64,000 bases of DNA. Source: Lama glama (Eukaryota). The stretch is from contig CM052816.1 of assembly GCA_028534125.1 (NCBI GenBank), forward strand, positions 31,498,001 to 31,562,000. Direction: 5' to 3'. The position numbers and the translations under genes are program-made. Of the stretch, positions 27,170 to 38,140 are shown piece by piece (positions within the stretch are counted from its first letter, which is position 1; each line of letters starts with the position of its first letter). The notes below the pieces were generated by a model. It was not told the origin of the DNA, did no database searches, and saw only the letters and a program-made list of their open reading frames with translations.

Positions 27170-29110
27170 ACTTAAAATTTTTGGAGTAATTTTAGGTTTA
27201 TAGTAAAGTTGCAAATAGTACAGAGAGTTCCTGTATACCCTTCATTTAGCTTCCCCTGATGTTAATATGTTATGTACATGGTACCTGTTTATCAAAACTT
27301 GGTCAGAAACCAAGAAATTAACATCGGTATAATACTATTAACCAAACTATTGGCTTTGCTTGGAGTTCACAGTTTTTGGATTAATGTTCTTTTACTGTTC
27401 CTGGGAGAAATCTAATCCACCACATTGCCTTTAGTCAGTGTGTCTCCTTAGTCTGTTAACAGTTTCTCAATCTTGCCTTGTTTTTCTAGACCTAGACATT
27501 TTTGAAGAGTACTGGTCAGGTATTTTGTAGAACATCCCTCAATTCGATTCTGTCTGATGTTTTCTCTTGATTTTGCTAGTATTGTGATTTTCTGGAGCAG
27601 AATACCACAGAGGGTGAGGTGCCCCCATTATTCACATCAAATAATACATGATATCAACAGGACAACATGGATATTAACCTTGATCACTTGGTTAGGATGG
27701 TGTCTGGCAGGTTTCTTTCTCTATTGGAGGGTTACTGGTTTTCCATTCCACATGCTACTCTTTGGAAGTGAGTTGCTAAGTCCAACCCTTGTTCAAGGAG
27801 GAGAGGAATTAAGCTCCTCTTCCTAGAAGGAGGTTATCTACATAAATTATTTGGAATTCTAATGTAAGGGAGATTTGTCCCTTTTCCCTCATTCAATCAT
27901 TTTTTCAGTATAGGCTCATGGATATCTATTTTATTTTTTGTGTTATAATCAAATAGTAAAACTGTTTTGTTGCTCAGATTTTCCCAGCTTTGGCCATTGG
28001 GAGCCATGTCATTTTTGACATGACCTCATTAAAAAAATTTTTAATTGAAGTACAGTCAATTACAATGTGTCAATCAACACAATGTCCCAGTCATGCCCAT
28101 TCATACATATATTCATTTTCATATTTTATTCCATTAAAGCTTGTTATACGATACTGAACATAGTTCCCTGTGCTGTACAAAAGAAACTTTTTTAAAATCT
28201 GTTTTTGTATACAGTGGCTAACACTTGTAAATCTCAAACTCCCAAATTTATCCCTTCCCATCCCTACCAGGTAACCATAAGATTGTTTACTATGTCTGCG
28301 AGTCTGTTTCTGTTTTGTAGATGAGTTCACAGTGTCCTTTTTTAAAAAAAAAATCTACATATGAGTGATATTTCATGTGATATTTTTCTTTCTCTTTCTG
28401 GCTTATTTCACTTAGAATGACATTCTCTAGGTCCATCCATGTTACTGCAAATGGTATTATTTTATTCTTTTTTTTATGGCAGAGTAGCATAGCATTGTGT
28501 AAATATACCACATCTTCTTTATCCAGTCATCTGTCAATGGACATTTAGGTTGCTTCCATGTCTTGGCTATTGTATATAGTGCTGCTGTGACCCCATTTTT
28601 CTTCCTTACCCTTCCTTACTTTCTGACACTACGAGATACTCCAGGCTCCTCTTGTGTTTCCTCTGCCCCAGCCCTAGAATCGGCCTTTTCTCCAGAGTCT
28701 TGTTGCTTTAACTGGAGAGTGGCATTTAGAATCCAAGATTTGATTGTTGGATGTGCTTGTTGAATGTGTATTAGCACGTGTACACACCCATATCTATAAT
28801 TATTTCTGTATCTGTATATATTTAAAATAAATGTGAGTTCATACTGGTATCTCCTACTCGTAAGAAGCGTCACAGGCTTCATTACGGCTTTCTCCCTTTG
28901 CCTATTGGTAACTTCTTTCTCTGTCAGTGACAAACCTAACTCCCATTACCTACTGATTTTTTTCAGTCCTAGCACACACACAAAGTAGTTTTAGAATTGC
29001 TAACCTGGTGTCCGTGTGAGAAATGTACCTACCAGAGTACAGTACTTTTGTACATTTCTTTTTTTCTATTTTTGTTGTTAGCTTTGCAGTATTTAGTCAA
29101 AACACCATTT
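27170..29110 (-). mobile_element. Old L1 (L1MC-like) 3' region interrupted by a young L1
   Basis: taattttaggtttatagtaaagttgcaaatagtacagagagttcc... is a typical L1MC antisense end; the sequence resumes after 28600. Confidence 0.6.
28031..28587 (-). mobile_element. Young truncated L1, same family as 18853-19350
   Basis: Minus-strand PFAVTWMDLENVILSEISQKEKEKYHM; flanked by TGACC(T/C)CATT at 28021-28030 and 28588-28597. Confidence 0.9.
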
Positions 29111-30071
29111 TCCAAGATTACTTAAGGCTGCACCTTTTATCCCCAACAAAATAACTTAAAAAACTGTATTTTTATCCCCCCCAAAATAACTATTTTGTAA
29201 TAAGTATCAAAGAGAGCAACTTTTGTGTGATGTAAGGTTCTGACTACAAGCTACAGCTCACCATCAAAAACAAGGAAGTGTATAAAAGACATAACGTATA
29301 AAATGTTAAAGTAGAAATAAACACACTTAACCTGTTGCCAGCTAAAATTTTCTCCTTCCTGTCTCAGCTGATTGTTCAACAAAGCTAACCCTAGTATCTT
29401 TTCACTGCTTTTGCTGATGTTCTAGCTTTTAATGTTAAATTTAGAAGTTGTGATTACTGAAATAGAACCAAAATTTCAGTTGGTGAAATTTGTCTTCCTG
29501 ACATTTTGAATAGGCCTTAAAAATGAAGTGATGTTTGAGACTCGTTAGCAGTAGGTGGGAGTAAGGTTAAGGAAGAGTCTTTTAGTTATCTTTTATTAAG
29601 AGGAAATTACTCTTCATGTTTAAATGCTGAAACACCTTAATCAATTTGTGCTAAAAGCCAAAATAGGAGAGTTGCTGGTCATCTCCATGACACCTTACAG
29701 ATTCTGTATGGAATGCACTGGCTTTTCCTCCAGCCCCAACTACTTTATCTCCATGCTGTGACATGAGGGAATATTGTTGGATCAGAACATCAGCGTTAAA
29801 ACTCCTCTGGCCTGCCAATCTGCTGGAAGTGTAGGGGAAAGAGTCTTTATGACTGAAGGGAAATAGGGAGGAATTTATCCTGTAAATGCACACATTCAAT
29901 AAATTTATTTACCATAAGCACTATGCAGTGAGTGGGGTTATAAAGATTAATAATACCACCTTGACATTGAAGAGCAAGCAATATTTTTAAGGAGGCAAAC
30001 AAAGCTAATTTTCAACCACATTCTGAAGGGAAGAGAGTTTTTCTTTCTTTTAGGTTTTATAAGAATTGAGA

Positions 30072-30224
30072 GAAGGGAAGGGTATAGCTCAGTAGTAGAG
30101 TATGTGCTTAGCATGTACGAGGTCCTGGGTTCTAGACCCAGTACCTCCATTAAGCTAATAAAATAAACCTCCAAAAAACAGAGAAGAGTTTTTAAAAAAA
30201 TAAATAAAGCACTCTTTAAAAAAA
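30072..30224 (+). mobile_element. tRNA-Ala-derived SINE (Vic-1-like) with TSD
   Basis: gggtatagctcagtagtagagtatgtgcttagcatgtacgaggtcctgggttc; TSD AAGAATTGAGA at 30061-30071 and 30225-30235. Confidence 0.9.
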
Positions 30225-30760
30225 AAGAATTGAGAAAGATCTTGAATTAAAATTGCTTATTGATTACATTGTATACTTAGAAAAAAAAATCATAGTTCAC
30301 ATTTTTAGGACTGGCTGGCCAATTCATCTTTTTTTCAAAATGAGGTCTTAGAGGAAAAGCGGCTGAATTTTCCTCATCTTTCTGAAATTATTGTTGCACT
30401 GAAATTTGTACGTTGTATTTTATTTTGAAATGTATAACTTTTGTTACTTAAAATTGTAGGAGCTGTTCTTTGAGTGAGAGGGTGTGTGTGTGCGTGTTTC
30501 CAGGTAATGTCTTTTGTATTCAAAACTTGTTAAATCTGGCCCATGCTGTGCATTCAGTTTGTGTGTGCTCACCATGATTGAAAAATCAGTCATAGTCTGC
30601 CACGTTCATTAACAAGATCTATTCTCTGTAGTCTGGAACTTCAAAGAAATTTTTTTTTACTATTAAGATGGACAATTGGCAGAAAAATAAAGGTGAGTGA
30701 GGGATCAAAAATAAATCTCACAGTTTTAAACTTTTGTTAATCTTTTAATCCATCTAAAAC

Positions 30761-31298
30761 TGAGGTGGCAAGCCCCATAAAAAAAGATTGGCAGGACCCC
30801 ACAGGCAGGGCCACTACTCTCCTGCCAGCACCATCTGGTTCCCTGGCCCAGCAGCTTTATCTCACTGTTTGCCTCTGAAACAGCTTACATCTAAGAAAGT
30901 GGAACTTACTCCTAAAATTCTATTGGTTCCCTGAGCTAACTCCTGATTGGTTATTTCCTTCACTCCTGGTTGGTCCATTTCCCTCACTCCTGATTGGTTA
31001 TTTCCCTCACTCCTGATTGGTTATTTCTCTCCCTCCTGATTGGTCCATTTCTACAAAGCTTGTTCCTAATTAGTCAATTTTGTTATACCTTATTTGCATA
31101 TGATGTTGCAAAGTGTAAACCAGCAGCCTATAAAAGCCTGTGTAGACCTACATATGGGGTCCAGAGCTTCCAGCGTTAGCTCCCTTGGGCCTGCTGGCGT
31201 AATAAACCTGAGTTCTCCAACCTTCTGAGTGCTCCTTCGTCTCTCACCCGGATCCAGGTTGCTGTCACAACTGAGCTGTAACACACTTTTCTGCAACA
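30761..31298 (+). repeat. 5' LTR (538 bp)
   Basis: TGAGGTGG...CTGCAACA; five ~23-bp CCAAT-type repeats, octamer ATTTGCAT 31092-31099, TATAAAA 31129-31135, AATAAA 31201-31206. Confidence 0.95.
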
Positions 31299-31302
31299 TT
31301 TT

Positions 31303-31320
31303 TGAAGGCTCCAGCGAGAT
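31303..31320 (+). other. Primer-binding site, best match tRNA-Thr
   Basis: TGAAGGCTCCAGCGAGAT has 2 mismatches to the recalled tRNA-Thr complement TGGAGGCCCCAGCGAGAT and 3 to tRNA-Gln. Confidence 0.7.
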
Positions 31321-31701
31321 TCCAACCATGCGGGCCCTGTCAGCCACCGGGGCGGCAGAGCAACCGCCTGGGGGGTTGGGAACTCGGAAAGCGAATGAGG
31401 AAGTGTGCCACCCAACAGTATTCCAGGTCTTCCTTGGCGGAGGTCATTCAGTCCTCTGGGTGGCTGTGCCCCAACCGGACTCAGTGGAGGGACGGACCAA
31501 CTCAACGAACAACATGGCTGAACAAGGTAGGAGCCCCGGGAAGCGTCTATATTTAGGTTAGGGTATTCAGGTTATGTCCAAGTGGACAGAAGAGGAGACT
31601 GATCACCTCCTCCAGGCTCCCCATCTGATGGCAGTCCAGACAGGGAGATCAGGTTAGATTAGGGCCGCCCTGGTGATAGGGATGGGAATATGCAAATAAT
31701 C

Positions 31702-31754
31702 TGTATGTGTGTGTGTGTACGTACATGTGTGTGTGTGTGCGTGCGTGCACGCAT
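31702..31754. repeat. (TG)n/RY microsatellite in the proviral leader
   Basis: tgtatgtgtgtgtgtgtacgtacatgtgtgtgtgtgtgcgtgcgtgcacgcat. Confidence 0.85.
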
Positions 31755-32579
31755 GCAGCCTGAAAAGCATGCGGTCAGGTTCAAGTTTGTAGCTCCATGG
31801 CATTCTGCTACTGAGTTCGAGTGAGTCCCAACCTGCGGTTCCATGGTGACCCCACACATCTCATGGCGGTATTGGCCCCTCGGGATATCAGTCGGAGTCA
31901 GCAGTTTATACTGACCCACCAAAGCTAAGAGGCACTTTTGCCCCGTGAGGGGAGCAGCCAGGCAGATGCAGCAAAAATCCTCCGTTTGTCTCATTTGCGA
32001 CACCAGCACAGGGTGGCTACACAGGGAGGGAAAGGGACATAGAACAGCCTATGAGTAAACTACCCCTGTGTCCTTGGGGACTACGACGAGACTATTTTAA
32101 AAAGTTTCAGATGCGACCTTGTCACCGGTCCCCCAGAGTATCCTGTCACAATTAATAAACCAGCCTCAATACTACCCCTCTGTCTAAAATTAAGATCACA
32201 AGACCTAAGCCAGAGGGAGCCAACCCAGGACTGGCTGGAACTCTCTTATGAGGTCCCCCTTTTTTGGTCCATTTATTCTGCCACTGGCCGTCCATCCTGG
32301 CCTCATATTTTGCCAATTCAGGCTATAGAAAAGACTTTATGCAGGGACCTGTAGAGCTCATCCAGGCCTGGGGGAGTCTCAGGGTTACCTGCTTAACGGG
32401 GAACCCCAACTCACTGGCAGCACTTGCAGCCAAGCAGATAGATGTTAGGCCCAGGGAAGCAGCGAGCTTTTTGAGAACTCCACTGTTTTGAGGAGTGGGA
32501 AAAAGATACTGGGGTCACAGTCCTCGGTGCCAGGAGCAGACCCATACATACAGGCCATAAACTCTGTCAACTAATAATA

Positions 32580-33660
32580 ATGGGATCCTCAAAATCAAAG
32601 CCGACAGTTATGGACTGCATGATTAAAAATTTCAAAAAGGGTTTCTCAGGAAACGATGGGATTAAATTGACACCAGAAAAATTGCTCACGTTGTGCCAGT
32701 CAGAGTGGCCCACCTTTGGAGTGGGATGGCCCCCGGAAGGCACACTCGACCTGTCAGCTGTCAGGGCCATACACCGGGTAATCACCACGCCCCCAGGGCA
32801 CAGCGACCAATTCCCACATATTGACTCTTGATTAATGATCGCCCAAAACTTGCCTCCATGGATCCGGGTCTATGTGAATGGTCAGGGACAACATAAGATC
32901 CTCGTGGTCCTGACATTAAAGATAGAAAAGAAAGACACAATGAGGCCTGTCCTTCGGGAGAACTCTGAAGAACTGCCAATGGTACCCCTGCCATGTGTTC
33001 CTCCTGCTTCTGCAGCTCCACCACAGCTGCCTCTACCGGACAGCCCACCACTGCCTGTACTGCCATGGTGGCCCCCAGGCTCTGAGCTGGGAGCCCAAGG
33101 GGTGGAAACTCCATTTGGCCCTGCAGGCTGCCCAGCCAGCAGCCACCCTCTGGATGCCTTTCTGGGAGACCCAAGAGCCCCAACAAGCTAATGATGATGG
33201 CTTTGTACAGCCTGGCCACTCCATCCTGTACTACCAGCCTTTCAGTACAACAGATCTCTTGAACTGGTGACACCACACTCTGCCATATTCAGAAAAAACA
33301 CAGGCCATGATTGACCTCCTACAGTCCATCTTCCAGACCCATCAGCTGACTTGGGATAACATTCAACAGCTGCTCCTGACACTCTTCAATACTATAAAAA
33401 AAAAAAAAGCAGATCATAACAAAAACTAAAAAATTGCTACAAGAGTAGGCCCCAGAGGGAACCATGGATGCAGAGGAATGGGCCCGGAATGCGGCCCCAC
33501 ACACAAGACCAGAATGAAACTCTAACTCCCAAGCCAAACGGGGGGCTCTGCAGACATATCGGAGAGCCCTCCTACATGGGTTGCGAGCTGGGGCAAAGAA
33601 ACCAACCAACATGTCTAAGACCACCATGATCCAAAAGCCAGACTACTGTGAGAGGCAATT
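32580..33660 (+). pseudogene. gag: Retroviral gag (MA, Pro-rich region, CA), disrupted and truncated in the MHR
   Basis: Myristoylation-type start MGSSKS; MA motif LCQSEWPTFGVGWPPEGT...HSDQFPHI; CA motifs YQPFSTTDLLNW and HQLTWDNIQQLL; several stops and frameshifts. Confidence 0.9.
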
Positions 33661-33679
33661 TGGGAGCCCACAGAGATGT

Positions 33680-35078
33680 CAATCATCCACTGTAAAGGAC
33701 ACTAAAAAGGAAATGACCCCATAAACAGAAGAAACCAACTAGCAGATCAGGGTACGCAGAAAGCAGCAAGTCAGTCGGGCCATGCCAGAGATCTTGCGAC
33801 CATCCCAAAGGTTCGATTAGCACCCAAACTGCTGCCAACGTCTCCAGCATACAGCCAAGAGGAAAACTCGTGGGCAAAAACTAAAGGAGGAACCCGCGGA
33901 AGGAAAGGCTGGTAGATGATGCCTGACAAACGGAGATATATACCTGAACGATTAGTCCACCAGGTGATCCTTCAGCAACATGAGCTCACCCACCTGGGAA
34001 AGACTGCATTAGAGGCCCTGCTGGAACGGTACTGTCTGATCCCCCAACTTCCATCCCTCTGTGCCTCAGTCTCACAGCGCTGCCTCATATGTGCTCAGAA
34101 TAATGCACAACAGGGGTCAACTGGACAAGAGAAATCCAGTGCTATGGCCAGACTCCTTTTAAAGATATGGAAATGGGCTTTGCAGAAATTGGGCCCAGCA
34201 GAGGATACAACTACTTGCTGATTTTTATCTGCACCTTTTCAGGATGGGTAGAAGCATACCCAACACGGACTGAGGAAACAAGAAAAGTAACAAAGGCCTA
34301 ACTCAGAGACATTGTTCCCAGATTCGGGATGCCATTGACCATAGGGTCAATGGGCCTGCATTCATGGCGGAAAAAGTACAAGAAGTGGCAAGAACACTAA
34401 ACATCTGCTGGAATCTACATGTGGCCTACAGGCCCCAGAGTTCAGGGAGGATAGAGCACATGGGCTGGACCCTAAAAAAGGATATGATAAAGCTCGGTCA
34501 GGAAACTCCACTACCTTGAACTGACACTCTGCCCACGGCTCTCCAGTGGGTACTCTATGCCCCTTGGTCCAAGACAGGATTCTCTCCTTTTGAAATCCTA
34601 TATGGGAAACCCCCTCCCCTGATGATACTAGGAGAATAAGTTAGAGAGATGGGAAGCATAAAACTTCATAAGCAAATGCAGGGCCTTGAAAAAAAACTAT
34701 GCAGAAGGTCCATAGGTGGGTAACTGACAGGATCCCAGTCTCACTGGGAACAATGTTACACCCATATAAGCCAGGAGATCAAGTCTGGGTAAAAGACTGG
34801 AAAAAGGAGCCCCTCGAATCCACTTGGAGGGGCCCCTACCCAGTTATACTAACCATCCCGACAGCTCTTAAAGTTGCAGGTTATCACCCCATGGATTCAC
34901 ATCAGAGTAAAGAGAGAAGCACCACCACGAGACGAGGATGTCTGGAAAATCAACCAGGACCTCAAGGAGCCACTTAAAATTGGGACCAGAGACACCCGCC
35001 TCACTTGCCAGAGAGCACCAAGCCTTGCTCTAGCCACACCTGGAAGCTGACTAGTCAACGCACGGCGGAAGCCTGAGG
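33680..35078 (+). pseudogene. pol: pol remnant: end of RNase H plus integrase (PR, RT and most of RNase H missing)
   Basis: IHCKGH at ~33684; IN zinc finger HELTHLG...CLIC; core FSGWVEAYPT; C-terminal PGDQVWVKDW...WRGPYPVILT; frameshifted. Confidence 0.88.
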
Positions 35079-35499
35079 AACCACCAATCAAGACATAAAG
35101 TGAACTGCCGCCCTGACTTTATTTTAGTAATGAGTATTGTTACTATATTGCTAGCTGTAGACTAATAGCCACTGCACCCCAGGATTGGAACATAGTCCAG
35201 AAACCAATACTAGCTGTACTCTATCTCTCTACAATAGAAAGCCTAATGGCCCGTCAGTGTCTGCTATAGGAACCATACCTCCCTGTTAAAAAAAATAAAA
35301 CCCTAGACCCTTCTGCTTGTAAAAGTAGTTGCTGACATATCTCTTTCAATGATGGGGGTTCCAATGGGACCCACTAACCAAATTGCATTTGGCAGGGACC
35401 TTCTAAGGAAAAAACCCCCAGCCCACATGCTCAGGGCCCTTTTATAGACCTGGTAAAAATTGGGAAAAGGAAAATAGACCTAGGTCCGCGCCTTATAAC

Positions 35500-36563
35500 C
35501 AGGACCCCAATTAAGTCCCTTATTAAGCAAGGTGCATCACCTTCTTAATGCTACTAACCCACAACTAGCAAGTGATTGCTGGCTCTGCCTGCGTCCCAGC
35601 CCCCCTCCAGCGTGTAGCCAGCCCTTTAGGTCTCTCAGAGCTAACCAAATTTAAAGGGTGCCCCGGGGTGGTCCCCAGACTCTGCAGATGTAAGCCCCAA
35701 GTCAGTTAATGTACAGTTGGCCCATACAGCTCCTGACTGTGTCTACAAATCAGGGATAAAACATTCTGTAGGAAATCTGGCCACTGCCCAGTGTGCCCAA
35801 ACCCATAACTGCACAAATGTTTATGGTTGTATGCCTGCCAAACCCTGGTGCACACCGAGCCCAGGAACCATTTTTGTATGCAGGACACACGCCTACCGGT
35901 GCCTGCCAGCCAATTGGACAGGTACTTGCACATTGGCCTTCCTTACCCTTCAGATGGACATAATACCTAATAACCAGAGCCTTCCTGTACCCCTGATGGT
36001 CCATACTCGATCATCCAATTAATACCACTACTCATTAGGCTAGGAATAGCAACTGGAGTGGGCACAGGAATAGGAGGAATAGCCTCATCATCCTACTATT
36101 ACCAGCAGTTATCTGCTGAGGTCACTGAAGACTTAAAACAAGTGGCTGAGTCCTTAATGACTCTACAAAACCGAGCAGCAGTAGTCCTACAGAACAGGAG
36201 GGGTTTAGACTTGCTCACCCCGAAAAGGGGGATCTCTGTCTCTTCTTAAATGAGGAATGCTGTTTCTGTGTAAATCAATCAGGAATTGTCAGAAATATGG
36301 TCCAACAACTACGAGATTGAGCTGAATGCATAAACCAGGAATTAGCAAATTCCTGGGCACAATGGAATAAACTCTGGAGTTGGGCCTCCTGGCTCCTCGC
36401 CGTAGCAGGCCCCCTCCTTGTGATTCTTCTAGCACTGCTGTTTGGTCCCTGCATCCTTAATCTCATTACACATTTCATTAGCTCACGGATAGAGTCACTA
36501 AGGCTACAGCTACTAGTTACTCAGTATAGGCCCCTGGACCAGGAAGAGCCCAATGATGAATAA
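35500..36563 (+). pseudogene. env: Gamma-type env remnant (C-terminal SU and TM)
   Basis: LLNATNPQLASDCWLC (CWLC 35577-35588), AYRCLPANWTGTC, fusion peptide LGIATGVGTGIGGI, ISD LQNRRGLDLL (36187-36216), CX6CC (CLFLNEECC), TM segment LLVILLALLFGPCILN. Frameshifted; the 5' end is uncertain. Confidence 0.9.
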
Positions 36564-36625
36564 GGGACACCACTCTAAGGTTGATGCTCACTACAGATGT
36601 TAAAGAGAGCATCAAAAAGGGGGAA

Positions 36626-37141
36626 TGAGGTGGGAAGCCCCATAAAAAGACTGGCAGGACTCCCAGGCAGGGCCACTACTCTCCTGCCAGCACCATCCGG
36701 CTCCCTGGCCCAGCGGCTTTATCTCACTCTTTGCCTCTGAAACAGCTTACTTCTAGGAAAGTGGAACTTACCCCTAAAATTCTATTGGTTCCCTGAGCTA
36801 ACTCCTGATTGGTTATTTCCTTCACTCCTGGTTGGTCCATTTCCCTCACTCCTGATTGGTTATTTCCCTCACTCCTGATTGGTCCATTTCTACAAAGCTT
36901 GTTCCTAATTAGTCAACTTTTGTTATACCTTATTTGCATATGATGTTGCAAAGTATAAACTGGCAGCCTATAAAAGCCTTTGTAAACCTACAGACAGGGT
37001 CCAGAGCTTCCAGCTTTAACTCCCCTGGGCCTGCTGGCATAATAAACCTGAGTTCTCCAACCTTCCAAGTGCTGCTTGGTCTCTCACCCAGATCCAGGTT
37101 GCTGTCACAACTGAGCTGTTGTGACACAATTTTCTGCAACA
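36626..37141 (+). repeat. 3' LTR (516 bp)
   Basis: Follows the PPT; co-linear with the 5' LTR but has four rather than five tandem units. Confidence 0.95.
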
Positions 37142-37688
37142 GAACTACTTTTAAAAAAATCTTAATGCTGATCCCGAAAAATTAACTCCATAGCTACCAC
37201 AAGAAGAGGGGAAATTTGGTTTGAAAATAATTTTTTCCCTTTTTTTCTCTTTTGTAACCTGTGTAGTCTGGGCTTAATGTTGTCACAGGTGAAAATGATT
37301 TCAGGATATTAATTGAATGAGATAGACTAAGATAAGATAAACTAAGATAAACTTGATAAACTAAGGCACTGAGGAAGGTATTAAAGAGAATGGGACCCAA
37401 GTACATGAATATTTTGATCAGAATGGTACATGTGATTTTTGTTCTGTTTTGTTTATCATTTAATCTGAATTTGCCTTTTAACAATTGCATTTTAACTTAT
37501 TTACGCTTAATTTCTAACTCATTTGGACTTCATTTCTACCGTCTTATTTTACCACGCTTTTATTTAGCTTTTGTTTCTCCTTTCCAATCTTTGAGGAGAT
37601 TGTTTTCTCTTTCTCCATTTGTTTAGAATTTATACATTCCACTTAAAAAAAAAACTTTTTTAGTGTCTACTTTCACATTTTTAACATG

Positions 37689-38140
37689 TGTACTGGGTTG
37701 AATTGTGGTCCCAAAAGATATATCCGTCCAGGACCTCAGAATGTGACCTTATTTGGACTAAGGGTTTTTGCAGTTATAGTTAAGGTAAAGCTCTTGAGAT
37801 CATGGTGGATTAGAATGGGCTCTAAATCAATGAAGACTGTCCTTATAATAGACGGAAAAGGAGAAGGCCCCAGTGAAGCCAGAGCTGCACAAAGTGGAGG
37901 GCTGAGTGAAGTTGGAGGCAGAGGTTGGAGTGATTTATCTACAAGTTAAGGAACGCCAAGGGTTGTTGGCAACCGCCAATAGTGGGGAGAGAGGCATGAA
38001 CAGGTTCTTTCTCAGAGATTCCAGAAGGAGCTAACCCTAGTGACATTTTGATTTTGGACTTCAGCCTCCACGGCTGTGAGAGAATAAGTTACTGTTGTTT
38101 AAGGCCAAGTGCGTGGTAAACTGTTAAGGCGGCGCTGGAA
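37689..38140 (+). mobile_element. MaLR (MLT1-type) solo LTR
   Basis: tgtactgggttgaattgtggtccc...cctcagaatgtgaccttatttgga...ctgtgagagaataag. Confidence 0.8.

Larger units (their letters stand above)
30761..37141 (+). mobile_element. Class I (gamma-type) endogenous provirus, two LTRs, defective
   Basis: TG...CA LTR pair, PBS, gag, IN and env remnants, PPT AAAAAGGGGGAA (36614-36625), near-matching 4-bp flanks AAAC/GAAC. Confidence 0.96.

Noticed and set aside
30940..31052. Regular ~23-bp repeats as a CRISPR-like array
   Set aside because: Head-to-tail units without unique spacers, inside a retroviral LTR in a mammalian genome; no cas genes.
35500..36563. Domesticated syncytin-like env
   Set aside because: Multiple frameshifts and stops, lost furin site, no clear N-terminal SU.
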